Shown one piece after another: positions 1-13,545 of a stretch of DNA of 64,000 nt (the stretch's first letter is position 1; the number at the start of each line of letters is the position of its first letter). The notes beneath the pieces were generated by a model. The model was not told where the DNA came from. It did no database searches and saw only the letters and a program-made list of their open reading frames with translations. The position numbers and the translations under genes are program-made. The stretch comes from Chiloscyllium plagiosum (Eukaryota), in the NCBI RefSeq assembly GCF_004010195.1, contig NC_057719.1:63510602-63574601 (forward strand). Reading direction: 5' to 3'.

Positions 1-273
1 AATCCATCGAATTCAGCACCGCCTTCCTAACCTGCAATCCTCTTCCCGACCTCTCCGCCCCCCCCCCAGTCTGACCTATCACCCTCACCTTGTCCTCTTT
101 CCACCTATCACATTTCCGACGCCCCTCCCCCAAGTCCCTCCTCCCTATCTTTTATCTTAGCCTGCTGGACCAACTTTCCTCATTCCTGAAGAAGGGCTAA
201 TGCCCGAAACGTCGATTCTCCTGTTCCCTAGATGCTGCCTGACCTGCTGCGCTTTTCCAGCAACACATTTCCA
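1..273 (+). mobile_element. Penelope-like element terminal repeat (pLTR) fragment, running off the window start
   Basis: Near-identical to 48739-48937 and 31471-31602. Contains the core CTGAAGAAGGGC-TAAT-GCCCGAAACGTC followed by GATGCTGCCTGACCTGCTGCGCTTTTCCAGC. Confidence 0.8.
186..213 (+). ncRNA. Minimal hammerhead ribozyme core in a Penelope-like repeat
   Basis: CUGAAGA (186-192), extra A, stem II GGGC/GCCC with UAAU loop, GAAA (206-209), palindromic ACGU and GUC triplet. Stem I is weak. Confidence 0.6.
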
Positions 274-1324
274 TCTTGGGTATTAGTTACACAGTCATCT
301 CATTATACATTAATTATTTTTAGCCATAACTGTCTGCTCAAGGAAAGGAAAACTGGCCATTTCAATTAAAATGTCAGCTGCCTCAAGTATCCCAAAACGA
401 TATTAATTATCCTCTGGTTTTGTATTTGTGATACATTATGAGGTTGTGTATTTAGAGAAAAACAGATATGTGATTAATAATACTGTACAAATACTGGAAC
501 CACTAATTAGCTATCTCTTAAAAGATATTTATTGTATAATCTGGATCATCAGTTTAAGTCCTTCCAGTATTCGTGTGCAAGTAATCTGTCAAGTTTCATG
601 ACCACTTTTTGGTGCTACGCAATCTCTTGGATCAATAAGTGTTCTGACCCACCCTGATAACTGAAGTACTTTTTTTTAAACCCCGAATCTGTGAAAAGTT
701 AATCTAGCTTCCTTTTAAACTGAACAGAACACCAGTAGATCTCATGTCTACGTTCTTTGAAATCTTTAAACCTCCCCAAGTTTATCCTTAAGTTTATCTT
801 CTTAATTTTGAAGTCTCATATCTTGGATTTTTTTTATGTATAGCAATTTGTCAACTCAACACTTCAGTTTCATTTTCGTCTTGAATTAAGCTCACTTAAG
901 TAAACATTTTGTTTCTACATATCAAATGTTTTTATTCTGATAAGTGTCCTTGATATAATCTTTCTGTGGCACAGTACAACAGTAATGTCCTTTTTTGCCA
1001 GCTTACAGAATCCAACTGATAAAATGTATCTTTTTCCTACATTGTTTCATTTCTACTGTTGTTAAGTTTAGTTAACATAGCACAATTATTCATCATAAAG
1101 GCTTAATGTACACACCAATGCACTGTTCTGGTCAAGTCCCTGTATCTCTCTGCATCAAGAAGCCTTGGTCCTGGCCATATTGGAGGTACATTTGTTGAGT
1201 CCCACTGTACAGAAAAAAAACAGCAAACACTATGTTGCACAACTAAAGCCATACCATTGTGAAAACCCTCCTGCATGGAATGCTGTTTAGAAATATTTAA
1301 CCTATTGTTTTGCTGATATCTACA

Positions 1325-3720
1325 GGACATGAATGTATGAATTGGGAGCTGAAATAAACCAGTCATACCCTCAAGCCTGCTGCACCATTCTGTAAGATCC
1401 TGTCTCATCTGATTATTCTACATCCTTGCCTACTGCAATAATTTGTCACCCCTTTTCTCGTCAAGAATCTATCTACCTCAGCCTTAAAGAAAACTCTACT
1501 TTGATCACCTTTTGAGGAAGGCTTTCAAAGATTCATGACTGTTTGATTTAAAAGACATTCTCCTCAACTTTGCCTTAAATGGGTGATCCTCTGTTTTTAA
1601 ATAGTGACCCCTGATTCTAAAATCTTGCAGCAGTGGAAATATGCTTCCTATGCTTACCCTGCCAAGAATCCTCAGAATCTTAAATGTTTGAATCAAGTCA
1701 CCTGTTACTCTTATAACTCCATCAGATATAAGTTTAGCCTGTCTATCCTTTCCTCATTGGACAAGTAAGGCTTGCCTTATCTGAAAATTCTTTGATCCTT
1801 CTTTTAATAAGGAGACCAATACTTTGCACAGTACTCAAGATGTAGTCTCACCAATCCCTATATAGCTAAAGTATAAGTTAAACTGCCTTACTTTTGGACT
1901 AATTTCCGCTTGTAATAAGTAATAATGTGCTACCGTTCTTAATTACATGTTTTACATGCATACCATAAGACCATAAGACATAGGAGTGGAAGTAAGGCCA
2001 TTCGGCCCATCAAGTCCACTCCGCCATTCAATCATGGCTGATGCGCATTTCAGCTCCACTTACCAGCGTTCTCCCCGTAGCCCTTAATTCCTCGAGACAA
2101 CAAGAATCTATCAATCTCGGCCTTGAAGACATTTAGCGTCCCGGCTTCCACTGCACTCCGTGGCAATGAATTCCACAGGCCCACCACTCTCTGGCTGAAG
2201 AAATGCCTCCGCATTTCTGTTCTGAAATGACCCCCTCTAATTCTAAGGCTGTGTCCACGAGTCCTAGTCTCCTCGTTTAACTGAAACAATTTCCTAGCAT
2301 CCACCTTTTCCAAGCCATGTATTATTTTGTACGTCTCTATTAAGTCTCCCCTTAATCTTCTAAACTCCAACGAATACAATCCCAGTATCCTCAGCCGTTC
2401 CTCATATGTTAGACCTGTCATTCCAGGGATCATTCGTGTGAATCTCCGCTGGACACGTTCCAGTGCCAGTATGTCCTTCCTGAGGTGTGGGGACCAAAAC
2501 TGGACACAGTACTCCAAATGGGGCCTAACCAGAGCTTTATAAAGTCTTAGTAGTACATCTCTGCTTTTATATTCCAACCCTCTTGAGATAAGAGACAACA
2601 TTGCATTCGCTTTCTTAATCACGGACTCAACCTGCATGTTTACCTTTAGAGAATCCTGGACTAGCACTCCCAGATCCCTTTGTGCTTTGGCTTTAAGTAC
2701 TAATCTTTTGTGATTTGTGTACAAGTCACTGAGATCACCCTGCATCTCAGAGGTCTTCAATTTATTATCACTTCGATAATATGCTTTTTTTATGCTTTTT
2801 GCCAAAATGGGCAACTTCACATTTTCCCGCATTATTCTTCATTTGTCAGATACTTGCCCATGCACTTAACCTATCTATATTGTTTTATCGCCTCCTAATT
2901 ACCTCTTCACAACTTAGTTTTCTACCTATCTTAAAAATCTTCAGTAAATTTAACCATGTAATTTATATACATTTCAATAAGTTGAGATACCATCACTTAT
3001 GCCTGTGGCACACAACTCATGGCAACTTGCCAACCCAAAAGACCCAATTGTGCCTACTCTGTTTTTTGTTAGTTATCCAAACTTCTATTCATGCCAATAT
3101 ATCACCTTGGCATCATGGGCTATTATTTTGCACAATAACCTTTCTGGTACACTATTAAATACCTTCTGGATTCACTTTCTCTTTATCCACAGCATGTGTT
3201 ATACCTCAAAGAATTCTAATTGATTGTTTAAACATGATTTCTCCTTAAAAAGATTGATTATCTTGAACATGTCTAAGTGCCCTACATTAACTGCTTTAAA
3301 ATTAGCTTCCAAAATCTTTTCTATGCCAGATGTTCAGCTAACTGACTTGTCATTGGTTTTTACTGCTTTCTGCTGTCTTCCCTCTTGGAATCAAAGAATT
3401 ACTTTGTTATTTTCCAATTTTGCACAAACTTCCACGAATCAAGGATATTTTGGAAAATTAAAATCCAGGTATCAACTATTCTCAGTCACCACTTATTTTA
3501 AAATTCTGGGATGTGATGCATGACGACTCGCGGTCTTGTCAGTCCATAGCTCCAACAGTTGCTCTGTAGCACTTTCCTGGTGATTGCAAGTTTCGAGGGT
3601 CTCTACATTCCTTTGATTTCCTGATTTGCAACTATTTCTGCGATGCTACGTGTCCTTCCTCATGAAGAGTGATGTAAAGTACCTGTTTAGTTCATCTGTT
3701 GTCTCCTTATTTTCCATTTT
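1325..3720 (-). mobile_element. Old, degenerate CR1 LINE interrupted by a younger CR1 at 1963-2695
   Basis: Degenerate 3' tail near 1330-1420. RT C-terminal remnants in the ORF at 1505-1696 ('FRIRGHYLK...LRRMSF'). CR1-like sequence resumes after 2696. Confidence 0.7.
1963..2695 (-). mobile_element. Young 5'-truncated CR1 LINE (ORF2 C-terminus and 3' UTR)
   Basis: ORF 2050-2832 contains 'QRDLGVLV...LYKALVRPHLEYCVQFWSP...LERVQRRFTRMIPG...RRLRGDLIETYKI...TRGH...FFSQRVVGLWNSLP'. The 8-nt tail repeat (CATAAGAC)n lies at 1963-1982. Confidence 0.95.
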
Positions 3721-4429
3721 TAATCCCCTAGACTCACTTTCAATAGGACCCACATTGGTTGATTATTTTTTAAATGAGCAGCTAAAACAGGTACAAAAGT
3801 TCGAACCAGCATACTTTATACATGATCAACAACTTCTTCTGTTGGTATCAATTGTACCCAGATAATTAAAACCAGCAATTGAAGAAAATGTCAGTATAAC
3901 TTGTTTGACTTCTAATTTAATTCACTTTATATGCCACCATGCTCAATTTCACACTGATTACCACTTTAGGGTATGATGTATAATCACTCCCAAATCTTTT
4001 TTGAACTCTACCAATGGATACTATTTCAGATTGAATGACTGTTATCCCTTACCTAACATTTATATGTATGTTTCGATCCATTTCCTATATCTCAGCCCAC
4101 TTACACCCATGCCAACAAGACAGTAAACAGCAAATATCACACAAAGCTCTTTAAGAAAGTGGTATATTTCAATATGATAAATATTTGTATGAAAAATGGC
4201 ATGAAATATACAGCACAGAATGAGCCTTGGGCATAGCTCATCTTTGGTGTTAATGCTCCATGAGAGTCCTCAAAGTCGATATGTTTCACTTCAGCCTTTT
4301 GCTATTTCTTCCTATTCTTGTTTTCTCAGATACTCCTTTAGTTTCCTTTTGAAAGTACCTGAGCTATTTGGCTCAATTATTTCTTGTGACAGCAAGTTCC
4401 ATGTTCTGATCATTCTGAGCAAAGACTTT

Positions 4430-4535
4430 GAATGCTAGGGATCTGAAACAAAATCAGAAAATGATGGAGAAGGTCTAGTAGCATCTGTGACGAGAGAAAC
4501 ATACTTCATATTTCAAGTTCGATATGACTTCAAGC
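4430..4535 (-). mobile_element. Old Penelope-like terminal fragment
   Basis: Degenerate TGCTAGGGATCTGAAACAAAATCAGAAAATG...AGCATCTGTG..GAGAGAAAC, similar to 54070-54185 and 41030-41150. Confidence 0.45.
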
Positions 4536-7529
4536 TGCTACTATTTTCCTATTGGATTTATTAGTTTACATACATTTATGACTTAGCTTTGAAATATTCT
4601 CTCCATATATCCAGTCTATTTATCCATAAACACCTCTATCAAGTCTCCTTTAAATCTTCTCTTTTGCGCAGAAAAGTATCTCCACCTGTTCAGTTTTTCC
4701 CAACAGCTGTGAAGACTTGCTGCAGTCACTCAGCTGCACTAAAACTGGACATTTTAGAGTAAGACAATATATTGAACTGTAGGTGCAAGACTTGACTCGT
4801 AAAAAATTTTACACATGATTCCGAATTTTAAGGGGAGGGGAGAAAATTGGCCAGAGGGAGATACACAAGGAGTACAAATTTAGAACAAAAACACAACTGT
4901 ATTTATGACTCGATAGTTGTTGAGATGCTGTTCAGAGGATCCAATTCCCACTCTAGTGTGAGCCTCTGTAGTGAGTGCTGGTGCCTTCTGTAGAGAGCAA
5001 CGGCACTAATTTTGATCTATCTAAGTCACATCTTCAGCCAAACACACTCTTCCATCAGTGAATTTCTGTAAGAGAGCAGCAACCTAGAGATATAAAGATC
5101 TGCAGTATGTTCACCTCCATCTTATCTGATCGAAATTCCTATTTTAGTTACAAACTTATGGAGGGTGGAAAGCTTATTAATATTCTTTCAAAACTGCAGA
5201 CGATGAACTCATGCAACCAGCATGAAAGGAGGTATTTCACATCCATGTTTGCTCTCTCTGAGACCAACTCATTCCACTGACACTTTTTTTTTTGTGTCCA
5301 TGCAATTTATTTCTGTCAGGTCATTGTTCATTTTACTTCAGAATTTTGAGATTATACCATTTCTATCCAAGTAATATATATATAGTGCATGTGTATAGTG
5401 TTTACATTTAATGCCAAGTTTTTTATGAGCAATTTCACCATATTCCTTTGGAACACCATGTACATCACATCAACTAAATTGTAGCAAGTAGTTGAAGGAA
5501 AAAATGAATGTTAACCTGCCATCTGTCCAACAATGTTGTAGAAATTACAAATAGTAACAGCCTTGTCAAGAATTTAGGTTTTTTTACTAGCTTTTCTTCT
5601 GTATCTGCCCTCCAGAGATAACATGTAATCAATCATCAAGGAACTGAATATTCAGAGCTATTATTGTTAAGACTCCGAAGATCTTTCAAATCTGATGATT
5701 TGCTGCAAAAGCAGTGAATGTTTTTTCCAAAACATAATTTTGTGAAGAATTTTTAAAGAACCATTAGAGCCATCAGTAACTATGCAATAAGCCTGCTTTA
5801 GACAGCAGTTAAGAATACATAAAAATTTAGTGTGGATATTTCCATCTAAAAGGTTCCATATCTAATCATATTTCGAATGTGGGATGTAGCCCTACGATGT
5901 TTGCACCTACTTTGTGCCGAACCAGTACCACAATCTGATTCAATTTACGAAATTGACAACATGCTGGAGTGAGAAAGATTGAAAACAAAGAATGTGCAAG
6001 AACTAGGCAAAGAATGCAATGTGGTTAGGAACATGGGGGAAGCATACACGGATTTATAATCTGTAATACAGATGAGGCACACACACTTAGAATGAAGAAG
6101 AACATAGGAGCTGGAGTAGGCCATTTGGCAATAAGCATCTGAGGGACACACAGAAGACTAACTATAATTACAGATATACTGTGTCTGCAACCTCCTTTCA
6201 TATGTCAAAAAACAAAACTCTTCTCATTCCACTATTTATTTGCTTCTGAATTGCAGTTAAATCTTTAGGATTCATGTGACATTTGAACATTGCTGTCACT
6301 CTCCTATTTACTAAATTTAAAATAAGTAATTTAATTGGTGAATTCAGTCATATTTAACTTATGATTAGCAAACTCTTATGTAGACAACATTAATAACCTA
6401 CTAAACACATTACACGAGTGCTTTAAGACAGAATGTTATTTCCATATCTTTTTCTGTCTTTTAACATACCCCATGTCATATGTTAGCCTACATTTCTCAG
6501 TTTTAAATTGTTCATATCTGGCAAACCAATTTCATCGATCAACTACAATAGCATTGGAACAGGGAAGAGGAGGGAGCTACAATGAGAAACCAAGTCTCCA
6601 AGTTGTACTTTTCTAAGTCTAAATTCAAGTTGCCCCTCCCACGCTACGAAAAAAAAACAGATCATGAAGCACACAATTTGTCTACTTCACAGAAGAATGA
6701 CTGTGGCTAATTGATGGTTAATAATAACTGATACTTCCACATGAGGAATTTCACCAAGAACCTGCTCTTTTTGTTATTTGGTTGCTTCAACAGATTAAGA
6801 AGTAATGAGTAGAATCGATGATATCATATGACTAGCTTTATAAGTCTAGCTTCATATTTCAGAATGTTCATCAATTGAATTTTAATTCTACCACCCATGT
6901 TATTAGGCCATTAAACAGGGCTCTGGTTTGCCAATCTAGTGACATTGCCACTATGCCACTGTCTTGCTGTAAATTAACTAAAACGTATACCTCTTCTAAA
7001 GATTATTCAGTGAAATTGGAAGCAAGCAAGCAGGCCAGAAGGTTAAAAATAATCATTGGAAGCATTATTGCATTCTTTTAACATCCAGAGAGAGAGGAGG
7101 GGAAATTTCTTGCATTATTTGTGGTTTCTTTGGTAACATTCTGCTGAATTTATTGATAATTTTGTTTTCTTTGTTTCCATGAGAAAAGTGAAGATTTTCA
7201 GGTTGTTTCCTGAGTGATTGAAACACAAGGTGAATTTGAATTTTTAAATGCATCATGGTTGACGGAGTCTTCCCACTTCATTTTTGTTCTGAACTAAAAT
7301 GAAATGTCCCTTACTGAGAAAGACAGCAAATAATTTTTGAAGGCTCTGAATATTAATTTTCATTTTAATGCAAAAATGGGATAAATGGTCCTTTAAAAGT
7401 GCAAGATTTATAAACATCATTGTGTGTGAAAGATTGTATAAAATGGTGAGCACATTAAATGCTTCCTAGCAAGAATTTAAAATACTGAAACTGGGTGAAA
7501 AAGTGTTGAGGGAAGGTACTGAACAACAA

Positions 7530-7930
7530 TAGCAACTTCCATTTATTGTACATAGGAATATTTCACAAAGGCATAAGGAGACAAAAGCCAGCACCAAACA
7601 AGGACGTGATTAGAATGGCCCAAAAGAGGTGGATTTTAAGTAAGGTCTGAAAGGAGACAAAAGTGATGAACTGTAAGAGTACATTGGAGTGGATAGTGGT
7701 ATCTTTGCCCATGTGGTTGAAAACATGAATGTGACTAGATAGGCTGAATGGAGGGAGGTCTGCACAAGTGAACAGAATTAGAGTATTGAAGTATTGTGGG
7801 AGCTTGATGAGGTTATGAATGATGAAAGAATTTAAATAACTAGGATGAAAATTCAACTGGGTCATTGAGAACAAGTAGATTGGACACAGAAATGTATTGG
7901 ATATGGTTGGTAATGTTTTGCATGAGCTGA
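7530..7930 (-). mobile_element. Degenerate L2-like LINE 3' fragment
   Basis: 'caacaatagcaacttccatttat' tail plus a purine-rich 'aaagaggtggattttaagtaaggtctgaaaggag' body. Related copies lie near 8860-9200, 55030-55200 and 59170-59470. Confidence 0.45.
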
Positions 7931-8701
7931 AGATTGCAGCGTATGGAGCTTATGCAATATTTATCCAGTCTGGACTGCAGCATATGGTTAACATTAAATT
8001 GCCCTCAGTTCAAGGATGGGCAGCACATGCTCACCTTGTAGGTGATGCCCACATCCTATGAAATGATAATGGGAAAATAGTCTGAATTTTATTTTCCAGG
8101 ATTAGGATCTTCAAGTGCAAAGCTACTGTACTCTGTAAAGGAACAAAATCATGCCAATATTTCCATTATGCTATTATTCCAGCTGTAGAGAAAAAAAATG
8201 CCTGTATTTCCTGTAATGCATATGTCAAAATACCAGAAATCTTGTCTCGTATATAGCCTGACATTCACAAATGCAACCATCCATGTGCCACCTGTGGTGA
8301 AATTCAATTCCACCTCTGCAAACAATTGCATCCGCTTTGCAGAAGAACCCTTTGGCTTGCCTTGCATTGTTGTCTCCCACATAAAGATAACTAATTTGGA
8401 ATAGATTCACAATGACCAGTTAGCTTTGGTGCTTGAACAAAAAGCAGCAATGATGTGCACTGTGGAATTAACCCACAATTTGAAAACAAACACAATAATT
8501 ATGTTGGGCCTTGCTAGATTAACTTTGCTGTTATATTGATCACTATTGAAGTTTTTAATATTTGTATTCAGAAATAATGTATGATCTTGAACAGTGATCC
8601 AGATTACGTGGTGGGAAAGAGAGCAAAGATCTTGACTTTGGTGCAATCAAATGCACAAAGCTAATAATTGGGGACAGCACATTAGTGCTGATATATAATA
8701 G

Positions 8702-8765
8702 TAGTATCACATTATTATACTATTATGTGATACTAGTATAATAGTATAATTATTATACTATTATA
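8702..8765. repeat. Two adjacent AT-rich inverted repeats
   Basis: TAGTATCACAT (8702-8712) pairs with ATGTGATACTA (8725-8735). TATAATAGTATAAT (8737-8750) pairs with ATTATACTATTATA (8752-8765). Confidence 0.9.
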
Positions 8766-9329
8766 TTAATAGTGCATTGATGTAACACTTTTTTTGTAGT
8801 AGAACCATTTCATAGCAACACAATTAAAGAATATTTGGCACTTAGCCACTTGAGACTTTAGGCAAGGGTTGGTTAAAGAGATTGGTGTTATGGAGCATAT
8901 GAAAAATGAAGAGAAATTTATATGGATGAAATTCCAGAGCTTGGATTACAGGCAGATGTGAGTGATTAAAATTCACTTCTCAAGAGATGTGGATTGAATG
9001 AGAGTAGAAATTTCTAAGGGTTGTGGAACTGAACGAGATTCAGAGATAGGGAGGGGCATAACCATTCAAGGATTGCAAAATAAGGATGAAAGTTTTAAAA
9101 TTTTAGGTACTGTCTGACCAGCAGTCAGCTTAAATTAGTGAACACAGGGATGATGTTGAACTGGACTTGATGGAAGTTCGAGTATGAGCAGCAGAGGGTG
9201 CATCGTGAGAGGTCAACTGGGAGAGAGTTGGCATAATCTAGGCGAGAGAGAATAATTGCATGGATGAAGCTTTCCGCAGATATGAGGAAAAAGAGGGTGC
9301 AGTTTCACAAAAGTACGATAGAGTCACTG

Positions 9330-9900
9330 AAATAAATAAGAACATGAGAGGACCAGACAGGGTGAATATGGAGAATATACGACTTGTTGTAGGAAAGTCG
9401 AGCACTAGGATACAGTCCAAGAAGAAGAGGTCACGTGTTTTAAGGCAGATATGAGAAGAATTGTTCTCTCTAGAGAGGGCTATTAGATTGTAGTTCCCCA
9501 GAAATCATGGAAGTTGGCTCGTTGAGTTTATTCAAGACTGCATTAAATACATCTTTTTGGTTGACAAGGGAGGGAGCAGGGATGCAGCAGACAGTGAAGT
9601 GGAGTTGAGTCTGAAAACAGATAAGCTGTGATCTTATTGAATGCCAAACCAGACTGCCTCCTAGAGGCACAGACTGAGGATAAAGAGAAAGTTGTTTATG
9701 ACTAAGATGAGGAGAAATTTCTTCACCCATTTGTGAATGCTCTCATCATTGAGTATATTGAAAGTTGAGCTTGACAGATTTTTGGTCTCTTGTGAAATCA
9801 ATGGATAGAAGGAATGGGTGAGAAACTTGAACTACAGCTCAAGGTCAACCAATATCATACTAGATGGTGGTGTAGACTCACCAGGCTAAGTGGTCATAAC
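9330..9900 (+). mobile_element. Two degenerate CR1 3' fragments in tandem
   Basis: 'MRGPDRVNMENIRLVVGKSSTR' remnant and two 'gatgagga/gaagaaatttcttc' motifs followed by 3' UTR-like sequence. Confidence 0.6.
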
Positions 9901-11424
9901 CACAGGGATGACAAAACACCAGATCGCCACTTTATGAACTGTGAACATTCTATGATGACTAAAGTCATAACAAAAGTCTTTTTTTAACAAGAATAATGAA
10001 TTTGGAGAAAGCAATGATGAGGCTGCAGTTAGAGAATTGTGCACAGTTTGAGAATGCTATTATAAATGGACCACAAATGCCATTTAGTACAGAGTGTAGT
10101 TACAGCTGAGATGGAAATTTATAGTTCTGAGGAGGGCTCAGAGGTGAACTAATAGAGTTACATCTGTGCTGCAAATATCTATGGAAAAAATAATGATATT
10201 TTAAATGTAGTGGGTAGAGGAGTGCAGCAAGACAATACATAATGCCTCAGAATTAGTTTGGAGACAACTTCACAATTTGAGAGATCAGTCATTGTACTTA
10301 AAATTGTCAAAGCTCACTTGTTTTAATTAAGAGGGGATTGTTTGCAATGATTATAATTCCGACATGCAGCATTTGAGCAAAGTATTCATTCAGAAAGATC
10401 TTGGTGTAGCAATTAAGAAGGCAAATGGAGGTCTCCAAATTAGTTAATTAAAAATGAAAATTATTTCATCTGAGAACTCAAGTGAATCTTCCTTATGACT
10501 TTGCAAAATATTTGATACTAGAGCTAGATCTCGTGTTAAGATTAATTTTAATATCTGCCTCATATTTTCTTCATGCCCAATGAGTTAAAATTTTCGTAAT
10601 GGATTTCTTCTCCTTTGAAAGAGGCCATGAGTTCTCCCTGAAGTTCAAGATGGTGCAGAATTTGAAACATTGAGGCATCGTGCATGATCACTATAAGATA
10701 GAGTTTCTCCTCTCACCTTGCATCTCCAATTATTTTTGAACTATTAATTGCTGGTCGTACAAACCTATAAATAAGAGCTGGAATAGGCTATTCAGCCCCT
10801 CAAACATGTTCTACCATTTGATGAGATCATGGCTGATCTGTTTGTGGCTTAAGTCTACTTTTCTGTCAACCCCTTATATCCTTTGACTTCCTTATCAATC
10901 TGTCTAAATGCATCTAAATAGAGCAAGGGTATCCGAGACCTTACTAAACAATGCAATGTACTTCATCAATTAATTTTAGGATTAAGAACAAAAAAATGGA
11001 GAAAGGAAGAAACTGGAATCAATAGATATAGAAAGAGATGAAGAGAGTGAAAGAAAGTTGTGAAAAAGGGAGAAAAAAAGCAAACGGTAAATTTTTTTTC
11101 TATATATATTTTCTGTAAATCTCTAGGAACAATTTACTACTTGCAGGAATGAGATTCAATGGTTTTATTTACTCCCTTTCTGGGTCAAAGTTTGACAATG
11201 CAGGAACATAAATCATCCCCATTAACACTGTGAAGACGAGACCCACTTTTCTGCTAAGAGTTCAGACTGCATTTATAGTACATATCAAGCAATTTCTTCG
11301 CTGTCCTGCTAGTGACATAAATGGTCCAGCAATCAAGACCAACTCTCAAGTATTTATGACAACAAACTGCTGTTGTTCCCCCAAGCATTATTAGTGATTT
11401 GTATTAACATAGTCTTTCATCACG

Positions 11425-11532
11425 TCTCTCTAATTCTTGCAACAGAAGATAAAAGCAAATATAGCAGGCATTTTCCCCTGATTCTCTCTAGTTCTTGCAA
11501 CAGAAGATTAAAGCAAATATAACAGCCATTTT
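11425..11532. repeat. Direct tandem duplication (about 50-bp unit, 58-bp period)
   Basis: TCTCTCTA(A/G)TTCTTGCAACAGAAGAT(A/T)AAAGCAAATATA(G/A)CAG(G/C)CATTTT at 11425-11474 and 11483-11532. Confidence 0.9.
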
Positions 11533-12651
11533 TCACACAGTTAGATCCCAAAAGGAACAGTTAGATAAATGACCAATACATCTGTTTGTAACGTGTACGT
11601 TGGAGGGCAAATGTTATCTGGACATTGGACCAAACAGCGCCATGGAATCTTTTATGACTACCTGGCATCAATTCAAAGACGACTTATTCATAATTGTGGC
11701 GTGCTACCTAATTTAAAATGGAAATTCTGATCATAATTTCCCACCTGAAATAAATAATGTAAATATTTCAGGTGTTCGGTAACGCTGACATTGAAGCTGT
11801 TCTTTGGGCTAAGGAGTGGACAATGGAGTTGTTTGAAAATCTGGTTGGCAGTGCTGTCCAATATATTGGTATTTGATGGATCTGATAGAATTATGAATAT
11901 AAATATCAAAGTAGGAGAAGAAATGTCATAGCACTCTTACCGTTCTTAAACATGTTAGGGAAAGGGAAGATTAACCATACTTTTGTATAGAATAATTAAA
12001 AGCTGTCTTGATGAGCTTGCTGCTCTCTTCCAATGGTGAATTAGAACAAATCAGTAAATGAGTTTTGTATTTGATTCAAAGTATGCAATTATGTATTTAG
12101 TGATTTTTTTGAGGTTTCTGATAACATGGCAACCCACTGCTCTAATCAATTTATTTTCCACAGCACAAAACGTTATTTGTCCGAAAAGTAAAATTTATTT
12201 TATTCAATGTATCCTTTCGAAAGATGTAACAATTTGGAGTGGTGGATGCTCTTCAGTTTTACTCTGAGCTTTTGTGTTATCAATACGTTTTTTTTACAGT
12301 TATAGGACAGTAAGTTCACTAAATTTTTTTGACAATATTTCTATGGATGCACTTCTTTGATACGATAAGATGCCAACCCCTATTGATGGGAGTCCTTGTT
12401 TCTCTCTGTTCTCTTCTAAATGTCTTTGACTCCCTGCTGGGGTTATTTCCTGGCCATTATTTAAAATTGAGCCTCATCGTGAAGCTGTTTGACCAAGAGA
12501 GCGTTGCCAGGTCATTGCCTCATCTTCCAGTCATATCTAAACATTCCCAGAAGATGGTGGTGGGGCATAATTGGGAACAAAAATTGTTTTAATCTTATTC
12601 TCAACTAACTAACCCTGATCCTGAAAAAAAGTCCTCCTTGTGAGAAATCAT

Positions 12652-12792
12652 GATGTGGAGGTGCTGGTGTTGGACAGGGGTGGACAGAGTTTAAAAATCA
12701 CACAACACCACGTTATACTCCGACAGGTTTATTTGGAAGAATAAGCTTTTGGAGTGCTGCTTCTTCGTCAGGTAGTGCTGTTTCTTCGTCAC
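12652..12792 (-). mobile_element. Penelope-like terminal fragment of a second family, with a degenerate hammerhead
   Basis: GATGTGGAGGTGCTGGTGTTGGAC...AATCACACAACACCACGTTATACTCCGACAGGTTTATTTGGAAG. The minus strand reads CTGACGAA-GAAGC-AGC-ACTCC-AAAAG, with GAAA mutated. Confidence 0.7.
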
Positions 12793-12819
12793 CAATGCAC
12801 AATCATTGGTGAATGTTCC

Positions 12820-13541
12820 TGAGGATCTGAAACCTGAATATAGGCTGAGGTAACTAGTTGTTGTCAGGAACAACCACTTAACAGATGCTCTTAACAACTT
12901 AGGCGGCAACAAGATGGCTTCTCGATGCAAATAACATGACAAAATGGGGGGCTTTTAGGCTGCAGATTGACAATTCTGCTAAAGCTGCATAAGATGGCTT
13001 TTAAGTTACTAATTGCTAATTCTGCTATGTTGCATAATTGACTAACCACAGTCTGCTTCAATAGAGATTAGCAGACAATGCTCCCTTTACAGTATGGAAA
13101 TAGCTAGACTAGATAAGACATGACTGGCCATCCTAACTGGCCTTCAGATGCAGGTGCAATGGCTCTGTTAGTGAGATAAGGGTGGCCTGAGTGTTGAAAA
13201 ACAAAGTTGGTTCCCAGGAAATATCATTGGACCAAGTAACTGTCAAATAAAGCAGTCTCATGTATTAATTGATAATTCTTTGAATGTACTATGCGATCAT
13301 GGCCTGTACCCTTTTTTAAGAAAAGTATGAACATGTCTGTGTTTTAAGCCATGTGCGCAGCTCCTCTGAGGAATACGGAAGTATACAACCTCTGTGTTTC
13401 CAGATGCTCTGTACCTGGCCATATGAGGAAATAAAGAATAAAGGTCTTAAAGATCCAGACTGATTATTGTTATTGACAGATCACGGAACAGAGAGTGCCT
13501 CTCCCCCCCCCACCCCCCTCACCCCTGCCCCCAGATCTTCA
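12820..13541 (+). mobile_element. Solo LTR (722 bp) inserted in a LINE
   Basis: Termini TGAGGATCTG...CAGATCTTCA (9/10 inverted match, TG...CA). 4-bp target duplication TTCC/TTCA. AATAAA twice near 13429-13442. The flanks rejoin as contiguous LINE sequence. Confidence 0.8.
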
Positions 13542-13545
13542 TTCA

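Noticed and set aside
8098-8646. Overlapping ORFs at 8149-8646 and an acceptor-like TTTTCCAG as a host exon
   Set aside because: There is no recognisable protein and no matching donor, and frames from the acceptor close early.
12862-13478. Alternative LTR boundaries TGTCA...TGACA (or TGTTCC...GGAACA at 12814-13490)
   Set aside because: These give no target duplication. The 12820-13541 boundaries give a longer inverted match, a TSD and a restored host LINE.
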